Source of the DNA: Octopus bimaculoides
Taxonomy: Eukaryota
Direction of reading: 5' to 3'
Length of the DNA stretch: 64,000 bases
Assembly: GCF_001194135.2 (NCBI RefSeq)
Contig: NC_068984.1
Coordinates: forward strand, 28,953,751-29,017,750
Made by a program: the position numbers and the translations under genes. Below are positions 11,250-25,469 of this stretch, one piece after another. Position 1 is the stretch's first letter; every line of letters starts with the position of its first letter. The notes under the pieces are model-generated. The model worked only from the letters and a program-made list of their open reading frames with translations, did no database searches and had not been told where the DNA came from.

Positions 11250-12759
11250 TAGATAAGGTTTTATTCTTTCTCTTCTTTTCAACCATGGAATATTAAATTT
11301 GTCTTTCACAAAAATGTGTTAATTTTGTGGCATGGTTTCACAGTTTACTTCATGTCACTGTTATTCTTGTTCTGTTTTTTACTTCTTATTTTTACAAGTT
11401 CAAATAAAAATACAAATTTCCAAAAGTCTCAAGCATTAAAAATGAAAATTCCAAAAGATAGAAAGAAGGATACCTCGCACATTAGTCACTGAAGTGCATG
11501 CCAGTCTTATTTGAAGTCCTCATCACCATGGAAGCAAATCATTCACTGTCATCAGAAATACACAGACACTTGTGGAGATGTATGTTTGAGTGCATACACA
11601 TGTGAATATGTAAAACATTTAATATTATAATGGTTGAAATGGAAGAGCTATTGGAGATGTATTCTGTCTTGCAGACAGAGTCTTGAAATACCAAATTAAT
11701 AACAAACGAAGGAACGCAGTTTTTTTGTGTCAAGTATTGGAAATTGTCTGTAAAACTATTAGTCTACTGGTGGTTATTGAATCTGTGGACAAATTAAGAA
11801 TGCATTCCAAGTGTCTAAAATTTTCAAACAGTAGACAAGCAATTTAAATGTCATTCAGTGTAACTCATTTAGAATGCATGAAATGGTATAAAGAAAGTGA
11901 AAAATTTTTTAATTCTTTTTTGATTAATAGCAGATAAAAATAGAAAGAAGAAAATTAATGATTGAAAAAAGAGAATACATATCTAATGAAAAAAAATTAA
12001 AATGAAATGTATCTAAGATATATAATTCCAGACATTTAGATTTACTTCTTTTGTGTAGTGTCTACTGGGTAAATGGTGACAATAGAGAAAGTTTAATTGA
12101 ATTAAGTAAGATAAATGAATATTGAGCAATTCATTATGACTGCTTAAAACTACTTGCACATAAACATTGACGAATGAAAGTTAACAGCTTCAGTCAGTGG
12201 TCTACATTAGTAGTCTTGGTACACAATACTAGTTAATAATAAATTTAAAAAGAAATATACTGTTCAAATTCCACAGGAATCATTTTTCCTCTAACAACTA
12301 AATATAAATTCAAAATTATTCTCAACAATGCCTCCTATCGAGTTTGATTTTTCCATTTGCTCCAACTCCTGTGCCCCTACAAAAACAGTAACTGAAATTA
12401 CTTCAAACAAAATAAAAATTAATTCCAGTGTACCTCTTTTTGCACAGTTTAGACTAGAATCATTTTTCATAAAATGAAGTTATTAATCTAAAGATCAATA
12501 AAGTTAGTCCAATTAAGACTGTATTGAGCAAATTTGGTTAGGAAAATTCCTTTTAAGCTACACAAAGCAGTTTATGAACTATACTGATTACTTTTGATAA
12601 TATATCATCTGAAACACAGGTGGAGAATGCGTAGGTTATATGAATCAAAGTTGATGAGATATTGATAAATAAAATATGAAATGAGGGTCATTACTATGCT
12701 ACTACAATAGTTAGATGTTGATGTTAAATTATCTAAGTAGATAAATGATATTAATATGA

Positions 12760-13095
12760 CATGCAAATCAGAAAGAAAAAAATGGAAATAAAAGACAAAT
12801 AACATAGAAATTTGTAAATGTAAAAGAAGTCAGGAATGAACCACAAGACATGAAAGAGACAAAGGAAGAGAAACTGGGTAAGAATGGGGAGAAAATAGTG
12901 GGAAATGGAAGCTAAAATACAGATAGTAAAAAGAGGAAGAAAAGGAATCCATGTGAAAGAGATAAGCAGACAAGATACATTGATAAAGTATGAAAGACAT
13001 GATAGAAACAGGAAGAGTTTGATAAAGTAAAGGAAAATAACAGTTATCATGATAGATTAAAAGGAAGGAAAAAAATAGGAAATTTTATACATACA

Positions 13096-13129
<34 letters not shown>

Positions 13130-13254
13130 CATACATACATAGGATGTTAAATGAAAATACACACACACACAACTGTAGATAGGTAGAGATATATGGATAT
13201 TATACAACTAAAAGAGAGAACAAGGAATCAACATTAAGGGAGTTAAAGAAGAAA

Positions 13255-13290
<36 letters not shown>

Positions 13291-13860
13291 GGTGAGAATA
13301 GTAAGAAGGGAGAGATGATTATGAAGTAATACACAGAAGAGCAATTGCATGAGTAGAAAGAGTGACAAAGAAAGATAGAAGCAAAAAATGAAGTACAAAA
13401 AAAAGAAGTGAGAGTAGAAAACAGAAAGGAAAAAATAAGGAAATGAAAGAATAAGAAATTGGAAAGAAAAATACTAAGAGAGTTTAATGAAAGCAAGATA
13501 AATGCAAAGAAAGAAGATGAAAACAAGAGGGGGTAAGAGAGAGGAAAAGAGAAAAACAAATAGTGGACAAAGTGAGAAACAAAGAGAACAAGTAGAGAAA
13601 AAGAATGAAGAAGGGAAAGAAATAGATAGATAGAAATAGATAGAAGACGAGACAAAGAAAGGGAAGACAAAAGAGAAAAAAGTTCGAATAAAGATTGAGT
13701 GAAAGAAAGAAAATGATAATTGACAGAGAAATAGAAAGAAAGGAAAGAGATAGATGAGTAAATGAAAATATTTTTAAAATGGAAATGACTAAAACAATCA
13801 CATCAAAAAAAGACTGGAAATAAAATAATAAATAAATAAAATAAACAGCAGAAATTCTGG
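12760..13860 (+). repeat. Long purine-rich (GA/A-rich) low-complexity tract with embedded (TACA)n and (TG)n
   Basis: Near absence of pyrimidine runs on the plus strand; yields spurious F/L/S-rich minus-strand ORFs. Confidence 0.8.
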
Positions 13861-14270
13861 CAAAATGTGGTTTTAATCAACAATTTGACTGAGTCTGTTC
13901 AGTTATCAGTGAGAACAATCTAAATGGATGTTTTTTTGCAGTGGAAATTATTGATTACTTCATGCTCAATGAACCAGAAGAAAGCAAAACTGAATTTCTG
14001 TTTCACAAGGAAAGATATAGGCAAAAGGATAGAAACTAACCCAGATTCCATTTCATTATTTTGTTTCTTTGTCTATTAATTGTTTTCTTATCTTTTTACA
14101 TTTTAATGACTTACTGTCACTTAGAAAAATTGGAGCAATGTATTTTAAATGTAATTATTCTAAGATATTTTACATTAAGTGGTTGATGCATCATTATACA
14201 CACACACAAAGATACATATGCATGTACAAATGTAAATGTACTACATGTACATGTGTATGGTATGTAAGAT

Positions 14271-14316
<46 letters not shown>

Positions 14317-15011
14317 NNNNNNNNNNAGAGTGTATTATATGTACATAGTTTAATTAATTGGTCAACAATGGACTTGGTAACTTATAAGTTGATTTAATAT
14401 AATTTTTTTTCTATTTCTGCTTCAGCCAGTTATTTTACTACTACTATTTTACAAAATTAAGATCATAAAATTGAAATCCTCTTGGCACACCTACTCCAAT
14501 TTTATACAATAAGATTATTTTCATGAGAAGCTTTGTAAATTAGATATGCTATTACACTTAAAAGCATTGTGAATACTGTTCACTCCCAATACATTTGATT
14601 TGAGTGTGTCCATGTTTGAACTACATGGATCTACAGGAATTTGTTAGTCAAATGCATGGGGTTGACAGGTATGCTCAACTGACTGTTCACATTTCTCGCT
14701 ATTTCTTCAACTTGTTATATTTTAAAATCAGTTTTAAATTCAACAACTTGCATTATAAAAGTTACAACTTGAGCTACTGATTACAAGTGGTTGCAGCTAA
14801 AAAGGCATGGAATAACATAGTCTTACAGATTTTCATCGATACACATTATAGAAAGATATTTTAAGTAAAATTCTTGAAACAATATGTAAAATGTATTTTA
14901 GATATATTTTGGTTTATAGATATTTTTTGCCATGAAACAGAATGAACAAAGAGAAGGAAAACATATTCAAAATTTCAGAGCCACATATAAAGAAATGCAA
15001 TCAAAACTTAC

Positions 15012-15037
15012 AAGTTGCTTTTTGCAACAACTCATTA
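15012..15037 (-). CDS. Candidate 26-nt microexon (NELLQKAT)
   Basis: Acceptor ttttaatttctatattcgttcag|, donor CTT|gtaagt; phase 2->1. Confidence 0.5.
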
Positions 15038-15576
15038 CTGAACGAATATAGAAATTAAAATTAACAAGCCCATATGTACAGAGACTTTCAAATCCTATTA
15101 AATGCTTGATTAGAGAAAGTGATGAAACATAGCTTAAGAGTGGAGGAGTAAATTTCCTTCATAAAGGATTGAAAATATAGAAGATAAATACCAAGGTTCA
15201 AATAGATTATTCAACAAAATAGAAACTAAGGAGTAATTCATAAGAATGAAGCAACTACAAATTATACTATATGTGTTGTGTGTTTCCATTACTTCTGGAT
15301 ACTTAGTCTAATAAGAACTACAATTAAATTGTAGTTACATGTAAAGATCAAAAGTACTAACATGAAAATTGGTATCACAAATGGTTAGCTTCTAAAGTGC
15401 TAAAACAATTTGAAAGTTAGTAGGTGCAGTTTCAGACTACTAGAATACATAGTTTATTGCACTCATTTTATTTCCCATAGTTTTCAGATCAAGTTCGGCT
15501 ACTGAACTCTAAGACAGGCCATTTTTAACCTCCTCTTTATAATTTCAAATGAATGCCAAAGAAAAAAAAAATGTAC

Positions 15577-15589
15577 CTGTCTACTCTTT
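15577..15589 (-). CDS. Candidate 13-nt microexon (RVD)
   Basis: Acceptor ttatttttaatcacttatttacag|, donor CAG|gtacat; phase 1->2 joins 24314-24389 to 15012-15037 as ..KEVKRVDSNELLQKAT. Confidence 0.4.
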
Positions 15590-16909
15590 CTGTAAATAAG
15601 TGATTAAAAATAACAAATGTCAAGAAGTAAAAATTAAAAAATATAGCATATCTTGTAATCTGTAGCCTATATGCAAGAGAAATATTAGGAAATAAGAAAG
15701 AAAATCAAAATAACACCCACATATATCTTTCCAACACTAAATACAATAGCAAGAACTGAAACATATTCATATTGTGCATCTGAATAACTCAATGACAAAA
15801 GTCAATAAGTCCATATTGAGAATAACAAAACACATTTTATATAGATATCAATTTAGTACAAATTGTTTTGGAATTGATACTTGCTGATAGAAAGTATGGA
15901 CACAACATGTTTGTGGTTCTGAATTATTTCTTACATATGTAGTCTGAAATTTATGAAGACAATGAAGGTAAACATATCACTTTCCCAATGATACTAAAAC
16001 ATATAAAGGAAGCAATTTTCACAAAGAATCTAGCCTGCATTATTTTTGAAGAGATCATCATTTGCTCAATACTAGTAAATTTTAAGTTTTGTGCAATAAC
16101 ATTTTTTCTTGTTGTTTTGTATTTTCCAAATTGTAAAGAATATCTCTTCCTATATGCAAGTCACAAAAAAATCTAACTTTGTCTACATTTAGTAACAACA
16201 AAAGTAAATTCTCAACTTTTATAACATTTTTGTCATTGCACTTGAATTGCACTACAGCTGCTTTCTGTTTTTTTTTTTTTTTAATGAAAACACAACTGAG
16301 TTCACTCAGTTGAATTATTAGTATCATGAAATATTGATGTAATTTATACTCGCAAAGTATTTTGAATTTTGAAAATGTTTGAATCTACACATTTATTTAG
16401 AAATATAATTCTAAATGCAATTTGTATTTGTTTAACTTTGAAATAGTTTGAGTCAACAGCTTTTGTCCATTCTGGGGAATAACCTTCAAAAGTAGACTCA
16501 TTTATATTGATCCCATTTCATCACCAGTACTCATTGTTATTGACTTTGGAATCAAACTCAGCAAGATTTGAGCACAATGTAAAGAGGCATCATCAAAAAA
16601 GATATGATATTTTGTCTAACACCCAGCTAATGTGATTTGGTAATTTAGTTTTTAAAATTACTGTTTGCATTAATATGAGTCAGATTTATATAATCATATG
16701 ATGATAATGATACCAGAGTTAATGATGATGATGTTGGTAATAGCATTGACGTCACTAAGAATAATAATGTTAACTAATAAATAATATTCAAATTATTTCC
16801 CTCGTTTGTTCTTGAACTTCCGCATTCATGGTTGACATTGTTGTTATAGTTTCTTAATCCTGCTCTATATTTTAGGGATAAGGAATTCTGTACATTATTT
16901 ACAATGGGT

Positions 16910-17020
16910 TGGGTTCAAAATTCTACCAGGACACCTGATGAAGGCTGGAGAATAAATCAGCCATATGTGGTAACAACAAACAAAATGACGAAACATATCT
17001 GTCCAGTGTAATTAATGTGC
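16910..17020 (+). mobile_element. Degenerate third copy of the hammerhead-SINE 3' part
   Basis: ggttcaaaatt..GACACCTGATGAAGGCTGGAG..TCAGCC..taacaacaaacaaaatga; GAAA lost. Confidence 0.7.
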
Positions 17021-17953
17021 AGTTTCTTAATGTTAGCATAAAAATCATATTTTATTGATTCATACTGCTGTTGGAAAATTTTTCTTGGAGCAACAACAAA
17101 CTTACAAGAATCACTACTCCAAGCTTAAACTATGTGAGATAGTATTGAAGAGTGTTTAAGAGTTGATTACATCTCTCTGCCATCATCAGTATCAATACAT
17201 ACAAACTTTAAATTAAAAATTTGCTTGGAATGTTCTTCCTAACAGCCTTTTCAATGTCTTTAGGTAGTTGCTTTCTTTTCAAATTCTGTCACTTTTATTG
17301 TAAATTAGTTATGATTAAATTCCAAATTTAGTGGTCATCTGTCTCAAAGATTCTTTCTTCACCTATAGTAGTTAATGGCAAGGACCTGATACATTTTGAC
17401 TCCTAAATAATGATCTTCAGCTTGATGCACGATATCTTAAAGCGATGAGAAACTGTTCATAACATCATTATACCACTTATTGTAGAATATAATTTTTCAA
17501 AGCTATTCTAATATTATTATGAAGAATCATTAAAACTTAAAATCACTTTGGTTTCCAATCAAAGTACACCACATAATAGTTATATGTTTTAGAGTTGAAG
17601 ATGGCCGCACACTGGCAACATCAAATGTCTTTCCATAACAAACCATGAACACAAAGAAGTAGTAATATTTGTTTGAAGACATATTTCTAGGTGGTTGATG
17701 AAGAGTTGTTATACAGATATGGAAGGAAATTGCTATGTTCTTTATGCTGCAGGCAGTTCATGTGTTTTCAGGGGTATTGGAAGGTCATATAGGTATGTGT
17801 TATAAAAAGTTAATGCAGAAGAGGTTCTGGGGATATCCCATTTGATTATAGATGCTAAATATGTTAATAAAATATTCTATGCAGAAAGATAGTTCACCAG
17901 GAATCATTAAGAATCAGCACAATCATTGTATTTATTCTTAAATTGGAAATTGT

Positions 17954-18287
17954 AGTTGTGAGCCCCGTGCTGGCAGCACATCAAAAGCACCATCTGAACA
18001 TGGCCGATGCCAGTGCCGCTTTGACTAGCTTCCGTGTTGGTGGCAGATAAAAAGCACCATCTGATCGTGGTCGATGCCAGCTCCTCTGGCCCATGCCAGT
18101 GGCATGTAAAAAGCACCCACTATGCTCTCGGAGTGGTTGGCATTAGGAAGGGTATCCAGCTATAGAAACACTGCCAGATCAGATTGGGGCCTGGTGCAGC
18201 CTCCTGGCTTCCCAGACCCCAGTCGAACCGTCCAACCCATGCCAGCATGGAAAACGGACGTTAAACGATGATGATGATGATGATGAT
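17954..18287 (+). mobile_element. Non-autonomous element with RTE-type 3' tail ((GAT)n), internal tandem units
   Basis: aaaagcacccactatgctctcggagtggttggcattaggaaggg..catggaaaacggacgttaaacgatgatgatg. The same family occurs at 44291-44588(+), 50350-50564(+), 47832-48390(-), 35095-35320(-), 21975-22130(-) and 51285-51432(+). Confidence 0.8.
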
Positions 18288-18857
18288 GTATCGAGTACCT
18301 TTTATATGTAGATATAGAGGAATGTAGTAATTGAAAGTTTTAGTATTGTTATAAGTGGAAGCATTGGTGTGCTATTTTCACTGAATGCTTTGTCAGCAGT
18401 AAACACTTGTAAAGCATTAAACATGATAATACTTATTAACAAAACCTTTGAAGGAGTTTCTGGACCATGCATAAAAATATTTTATATTATAGGAAAACTT
18501 TTTAAAAAATCTTCCTGTTTAATGTTGTCTTGTGTGTATGGTGTAGAATTCTTATACTTAGTTGCTAGTTATTCTGTCTTATACTATCTATGTGCAACAT
18601 ATTTATATTGTTGAGTGACAGCTGTTTGTGCTATTTTATATTCTTTTATGTTACTACTTTTTTTATCAGATCCAAATTTTCAGGTGGTTGATATCACTAC
18701 AGAATTATTTTGCAACTATGTCTTGGGAATAGCTGAATATTTTCTGCATATGGTGTTGTGTGTATATTATATTATTGCTTTTTGGTGTTGATGGTAGCTG
18801 TATTTTGGTCGTAGATAGGTGTTCTGGTAACAGTTAACTTTAAAAGTTAGCTTGCAA

Positions 18858-18859
<2 letters not shown>

Positions 18860-18934
<75 letters not shown>
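18860..18934. repeat. (TG)n microsatellite
   Basis: Direct read; other microsatellites at about 8608, 14272, 21209-21293 (GA)n, 22620-22690, 48690-48775 and 56275-56335. Confidence 0.95.
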
Positions 18935-18936
<2 letters not shown>

Positions 18937-21206
18937 ATATATATATATATGAGTATGTATGTATGTATATACACATACAAACAGTTTTGTATTAATTAAT
19001 TAAAGTAAGTTTCTGGGTAAAAGACAATTAATTCTGATATAAGCTTTGAAATAGTCTTCTTATGTGCCAGAAATGCTCATTACAAATTGGTCAGCATTTA
19101 GAGGTTTTTAGTTTTAGTCATAAAAAAAAAATCCCCCAAAACTGTAAAGTTTGAAATGTCAAGACTGAGTTATACAAAATTTAAACAAGATGATTTATAT
19201 CAAAGTTTTACAAAAATAAAATAAAGTTTTTCATGTCTTCTTCACAAACTGGTTCAAAGATTTAGTGGTAAATAATCATTAGTATGTCTAAAATAAATTG
19301 GTAAACAGACAAACTTTGTTTAAATGATTAACACATTTTGTAGACAATAGAATTACTTGGAAGGATAAATGGAGAAACTACTTCAAATGATAGCCTATAA
19401 AGTATAGGAGGTCAATAAAAAGGATATAAATTACTCCTAATTTGAAATACAGATTATCTATATGGTTAAAAATAAAAGTTCTCATTATTTTTTCGTTTTT
19501 CTTTTTATCCAATGTGAAATAGACAGACTCCTATTTCTCATTGCTCTAAGGAAAATGTTATTTGTACTCAATCTGTAGTAAATTTCTCCAACAATTTCAG
19601 CTTAACAGAAGCTTTCCCACTGGTCTTCATCAAACATTCATCTATCATGCTAGCATGGGCGAGACAATTTAATAGGATCAGGGGGAACAAAGGAGAATGC
19701 AAAAAAAAAAGACTGAATAAAGGTAAATGCATGGTCAGTGATGAATATCAGTTCAGGAGTGAAGGTGAAAAAATAGGAATGGATCAAGGAGGAGGAGATA
19801 CGAGACAGTAAAACAATTGGTACAACACAACCATATAATAAATAGATGAGAAATAGGGAGATTATGTGAAGTGAGGGAGGTGAGAGAGGGATGCACAGTG
19901 ACAGAGATTGAGGTCAAAGTTACATAAGAGTGAATGAGTGAATATAGTTAGTGAGGAACAAAGTAAGATGGGGTATTGGTGGCAGTTATAAGAACATGTT
20001 GAGAAAGATATCAGATATGAGACAGAGTTAAAGTCTTATGTAACTCTGAAGAAAGGGAGTCTCAGTGGAAAATAAAATGGGATGAGATGACATTGTGAAT
20101 AATGTATAGCTGACAAAAGGAAGTGGTTCCAAGGTGGGGGGAGTAACTAACAACACAAAAAGAAATAAAATATATGTAGTTCTGCTCTCATATATTTTAC
20201 AATAGTGACATTAATAGTGATGTAGTTAGAATGGTGATAGAGGAATGGGCATTCAGAAATTGAGAAGTTGGAAAGTCATGACAGGGATAGTTTAGGTATG
20301 AGCACAGACATAAGCGATATACTTTTAGGACCCAAGTTTTGGTGGATTGCCTTGATAAAAACATTTTCCCTTATTATATATATAAACTTATGTGCACATG
20401 TAAGCATGTGCATGCTGAGTATTCTTCTCTTTTACAGGATTGAGTAACCAGGCTGTGGTCACGTTGGATACCAACTTTAAGGGCTTCAACTAATAATATC
20501 ATTCTCAAAACTTCACTTACTCTTTACTCTTTTACTTGTTTCAGTCATGCACGTGATGATTACACCATTTCATACACACATACACACACAAGTGCAACAG
20601 GTTTCTGCATGGTTTCCATGACCCAAATTTCACTCACAATACTTTAGTCATCTTGAGAATTTGACAAAAGTATTCTAGCCCAATTAAGACCAAACCTGGT
20701 ATCAAGCTTTCCCAAACCATTCTCAACTCTGCCTATTTGATATCAATTTATCATATGCATATTCATTTCAATTTTAGTTAGATTTGTTTGTTATATGCAC
20801 CCACATACACAAAAATACTGAAATAGCAAATATAAATAATGCTATTCCAATTTTAATATTTTGCTTCAAATTCTTTTCGTTTTTGTAAAATTAATCTATT
20901 GAAAATATTAAAGATAATACACATTAAAACAAAATTATTCCTTTCAGCTGTTAGTGATTAACTACAAATTCCTTTTTCACTGTAAATACACGATATTACA
21001 GAAAGAAACAACTTGCAATGTGTGTGTGTGTGTGAGTGTGTGAAGATAAATAATTTGGGCATATGAAAATGCATATATGAAAATATTATACAGCTTCTTG
21101 TAAATATGTATCCCTAGCTCTGTATGTTTAAGTTAGAAATGAAGATGTGTCTCTGAGCAACTATGAATATAGGTAAATGACCATGCATGAAAATTTCAAT
21201 TTTACT

Positions 21207-21297
<91 letters not shown>

Positions 21298-22404
21298 CAT
21301 TCAAATTTTCTTAGTTGAAAGATTTAGCTTCACAATAATAAGCTTCAGAATGTTAGAAGAAATAAGTAGGTCAGGAAAATAATTTTTAAACTTAGTGAAT
21401 TATTCGTCTATGTTTAAAAATTAACTCAAAGAATCTATCCACTTGAAGACTGAGCAACAAGTTTATGTAGACATAATTAATGCATGAAGTATTTAAAAGT
21501 TAATTAGAAATAAATATACTAAGAATAAAAAGCATGTTACTCAATAAATAATATTACTTTTTATTTTTCCTATAGTTACAGGAGAGAACTCTAAGAATGT
21601 TTCTGTAGTTTTCTGACCTCCACAGTAAAGTAAACTCTTTACTAAGTATAAATATAACTATATACTGTTAGAACAAGGAATTAGAATTGCAAAAGAATTT
21701 TAATAAATCAGATACATGCTCATCACCATTTTCATGTCCTCTCTTCTCATGTGAGCCTGGTTGGGCAAGACTCATTGAGGTAGCATTCTATGGTCAGATT
21801 CGATACTTGTCATTAACCCTTTTTTTATTTTATTGGTTTTCAAACAAAAGCATCAAATACACTGAGCTACAGGCATATTGTTCAAGTGAGATGTAAACAG
21901 ACTATAGCTCAAATGTTTTCAATATGAAGACTTGCAGAAACAAAGACATGCACACACACACAGACACAAATCCTTCTCCTTCTTATCATCATTTAACATT
22001 CATTTCCGATGTTGACATTGGTTGGACAGACTGACAGAAACTGGCAAATTAGAAGATTGCACCAAACCCTGCTGTCTGCTCTGGCATGGTTTCTACAGCT
22101 GGATACCCCTCCTAATATCAGCCACTTACTCTGTGTGTGTGTGTGTGTGTGTGTGCGTGCGTGCGTGCATGTGCAAACACATGTACACAACAAGCTTGTG
22201 TATAGTTTCCTTCAACCAAATTTCACTTGTGAGTCATTGGTCATCCCAGGGTGTCATGCAATAGGACGGAACTCAAAACCAGGTGATTTAAGCATCCCCA
22301 TGTAAGTAATAGATTGTTACATTTAACCCTTTTGTCTTCAGATTATTCTGTCAAATGTAATGCTTATTTATTCACATGTAGCTTTGAAATTTTCATTATG
22401 TGAT

Positions 22405-22612
22405 TACTCTTTTACTTGTTTCATTCATTTGACTGCGGCCATGCTGGATCACCACCTTTAGTCAAGCAAGTCGACCCCAGGACTTATTCTTTGTAAGCGA
22501 AGTACTTATTGTATCGGTCTCTTTCGCTGAACCACTAAGTTACGGGGATGTAAACACACCAGCATCGGTTGTCAAGTGATGTTGGGGAAGGGGACAAACA
22601 CACAAACATATG

Positions 22613-22686
<74 letters not shown>

Positions 22687-22852
22687 TACAACAGGCTTCT
22701 TTCAGTTTCCGTCTACCAAATCCACTCACAAGGCTTTGGTCAGCCCAAGGCTATAGTAGAAGACACTTGCCCAAGGTACCACACAGTAGGTCTGAACCCG
22801 GAACCATGTGGTTCATAAGCAAGCTACTTACCATACAGCCACTCTTACGCCC
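22405..22852 (-). mobile_element. tRNA-derived SINE (family 2) with central (TA)n(CA)n
   Basis: Reverse complement: ggcgtaagagtggctgtatggtaagtagcttgc..ggttcagacc..ggaaactgaaagaagcc..cttgacaaccgatgctggtgtgtttac. Same family at 53481-53700(+), 40827-40995(-) and about 29100-29785(+). Confidence 0.85.
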
Positions 22853-24313
22853 TATCATTATATAATTTTAGAAGAAAATTGTAAGATAGGTGTGAGAGGC
22901 CACATCTGGCTGGTTTGAAATAAAACAGGTAGAATATTTAGGCCAGATATGGCCAGTTTGAATGCTAAAGGGTTATGAGTTATGAGGCATTTCAATGCTG
23001 TTGAAAATTAACTTACAGCACAGTATTTTTAGTTGGTTCAGTTAGTTCAACAAGTAAATTTTAAACATGAAAAACTAAGGGAAGGATTAAAAAAAACTCA
23101 ATTATTTTTTTTTTTTAATTAGTGACTGGTATTAATTTAATTATTTTATGGACAAATTGTTCTGTTTTGGTGGTATGAAATAACATGAAATAGCACTTGA
23201 AAAGAAAACAAATTTGTCCTTTTTATAAATTTCTTTATATGTGTGTGTAATCATATACATAGAGAGCAGGAAGAGAAAAAAAAAAGAATGATAGACAAAG
23301 AGAGAGATGCACTTAAGTAGGTTAGCCTACTTAGGAACAAAAAAATATATTCCATAATATTCAGACAATTTGATTTTCCACTTTTGGCAATTTTTAAAAT
23401 ATTTCCCATTGAAAAACTAACAGCTTTTTTGTTGCCTTTTATATATTTATATTTTATGATTTTAAAATGTCAGATATTCTGTGAAAATAAAGAATTCACA
23501 GAGAAAAAAAAAGATTAATTCACACAGCAATAGTAAATGTAAATGAGGAAAATAAATGCTTTTAATATGGATCTGAATTATTCTTTGAAAGAGATAACTA
23601 ACTCTCTAAAAAAGTAAGAATTGCTCTTGAAGATAGAAGATAGGATTCTATCACATAATAAATGGTTATCTATCTTCATCTAAATTCTCCAGTATTTTTC
23701 AAATATGGCACCATTATCATTTAAAAGTAGAATTAATGGTTGATATAGAGATTGTATTCACACTGCAAATAAAATAGCTGGGGTGGGGGAGCAAGCTTAA
23801 AATTAACATTTTATTGCATTCCAATTCAGCTACTGTTGATATGGTTTATATCAACTTATATATTCTTCTTCAAAATAACCTTTAATCAAAACATATTGAT
23901 AATAATAAATTATTATTATAACTGTTATTATTGATGTTGTTGTTACACTTTTGTTGGCTGGCAGAATAAGTAGAATGTTGAACTAAATTACTTGGTATTC
24001 GATACATTACATTACCTTCTAGGTTCAAATTCTACCAGACTTTGCCAAAGTACAAGGGAAATAACAGTATTTGTTTGGAACTATTTTATTGACTCTCAAT
24101 TAAATCCCTCCAATCAAATATGAAGCTTTATGCATAAGTGAGAAACAATCAGCATTGTTCTCATCATCATCATCGCTTTCATCATTATCATCAACAACAA
24201 CTATTAATTGATTTATTACAAAATAAAATGACATTAAAAATTAGATTAATGAAAAATGATATGTTTTGAATTTTCCTCAATTGATAATAATGGTTTTACA
24301 ATGAGCCACTCAC

Positions 24314-24389
24314 TGACTTCCTTAATTAGCTTTTCCACTAGAGAGACGCTTTCACAGAAAGTTTCAATGGTGATTGGTACAAAATTCAT
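24314..24389 (-). CDS. Coding exon of an unidentified minus-strand gene (MNFVPITIETFCESVSLVEKLIKEV)
   Basis: Strong acceptor ttcacctctttcattttag| and donor GTCA|gtgagt; only one of three frames is open; phase 0->1. Confidence 0.65.
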
Positions 24390-25469
24390 CTAAAATGAAA
24401 GAGGTGAACTTCACGATTCTCTTTCTTTCAGATTGAAGTGCTGAAGCTTCTTTAATAGAGTAGTAGAGATACCATATGCAAGTTTTTTTTTACTTTTCAA
24501 GGAGAGTATTAGAACTATACCTAGAGGACAGTCTGTTGTAATAAATGCAGTTGCTGGCTGTGATGCTTGGTGGGAAATTAGCAGAACCATTAAAGCACTG
24601 AACAGAATGTTTCATGGTATTTGTTCTGGTTCTGTGCGATCTGAGTTCAAATTCCACCAAGACCAGCTATGCTTTCATCCTTTTGGTACCAATTCAAGAT
24701 GGTAGATTGGCAAAATTGTAAGAGGGCTAAGTGAGATACTTTATGGTAGCTGTTCCAGCTCTTTCATTCTAACAGTAGCACCTATGCCAATACTGGTATC
24801 AAGCTGCATCAGCCAAGTCATTCAGATAGAGGCCTTTTACTTGGATAAATATCAGTGGCATGGAGCGATGAAATTTACATGCATGGACCAACTGCCACTC
24901 TTCCTCGGAAAATATCTTACCCATGTCTGCACATACACGTGCAGATGCTTTACAGTTATTACAATACATTCAGAATTTTGTTGATGTCATCATGAATGAT
25001 CAGTTAATTAATGAATTTAATGTAAACAGCAATTCAAATCTATTTGTTAATCAAAAGAGAACATCTGTTAACTTTAGTCATTTAAAAGCAAATAATTTTA
25101 TTATATATGTATATATATATGTGTAAAGACAGCTAATTGCAAACAAATATGGGCAAAAAGAAAATAATCTCAACTGATATTATTTAAGGGATAAAGGTTT
25201 GTCTTGGAAAGATAACCACTTTGGATATTTTGAAAATAATCAGATTGGCTACTACTCTGATCTGATTAATTAGATATTTAATACAAATTTCACTTTTTAT
25301 ATTCCAAGCTAAATTCTGCTATGCTTTGATTTTTGCTCAGAGGAAAGAAAGATAAGCAGATAAACAATGTTTGTACCCCTGTATATACTTAAACTATTCA
25401 AAATATTTGGAAACGAACCTATGCTTGTATTTTTAGACATTAAGTTCAAACTTTAGGTTGGGTGAAGTT

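Noticed and set aside
12592-12608. 17-nt minus microexon (YDILSK) with good splice sites
   Set aside because: It ends in phase 0, and no phase 0->2 partner was found before 7678-7717; kept out of the model but not excluded.
13200-13801. Long F/L/S-rich minus ORFs
   Set aside because: Translation of a polypurine low-complexity tract.
21712-21779. Plus-strand exon candidate (TCSSPFSCPLFSCEPGWARLIE)
   Set aside because: Weak donor (GAG|gtagca), two open frames, no supporting neighbours.
23600-23760. Protein-like minus frame with a single TAG (..FEKYWRI*MKIDNHLL..), and similar TGA-interrupted frames at about 4900-4940 and 38830-39000
   Set aside because: No convincing splice sites; stops at this spacing are expected in AT-rich non-coding DNA, so these are not evidence for stop recoding.
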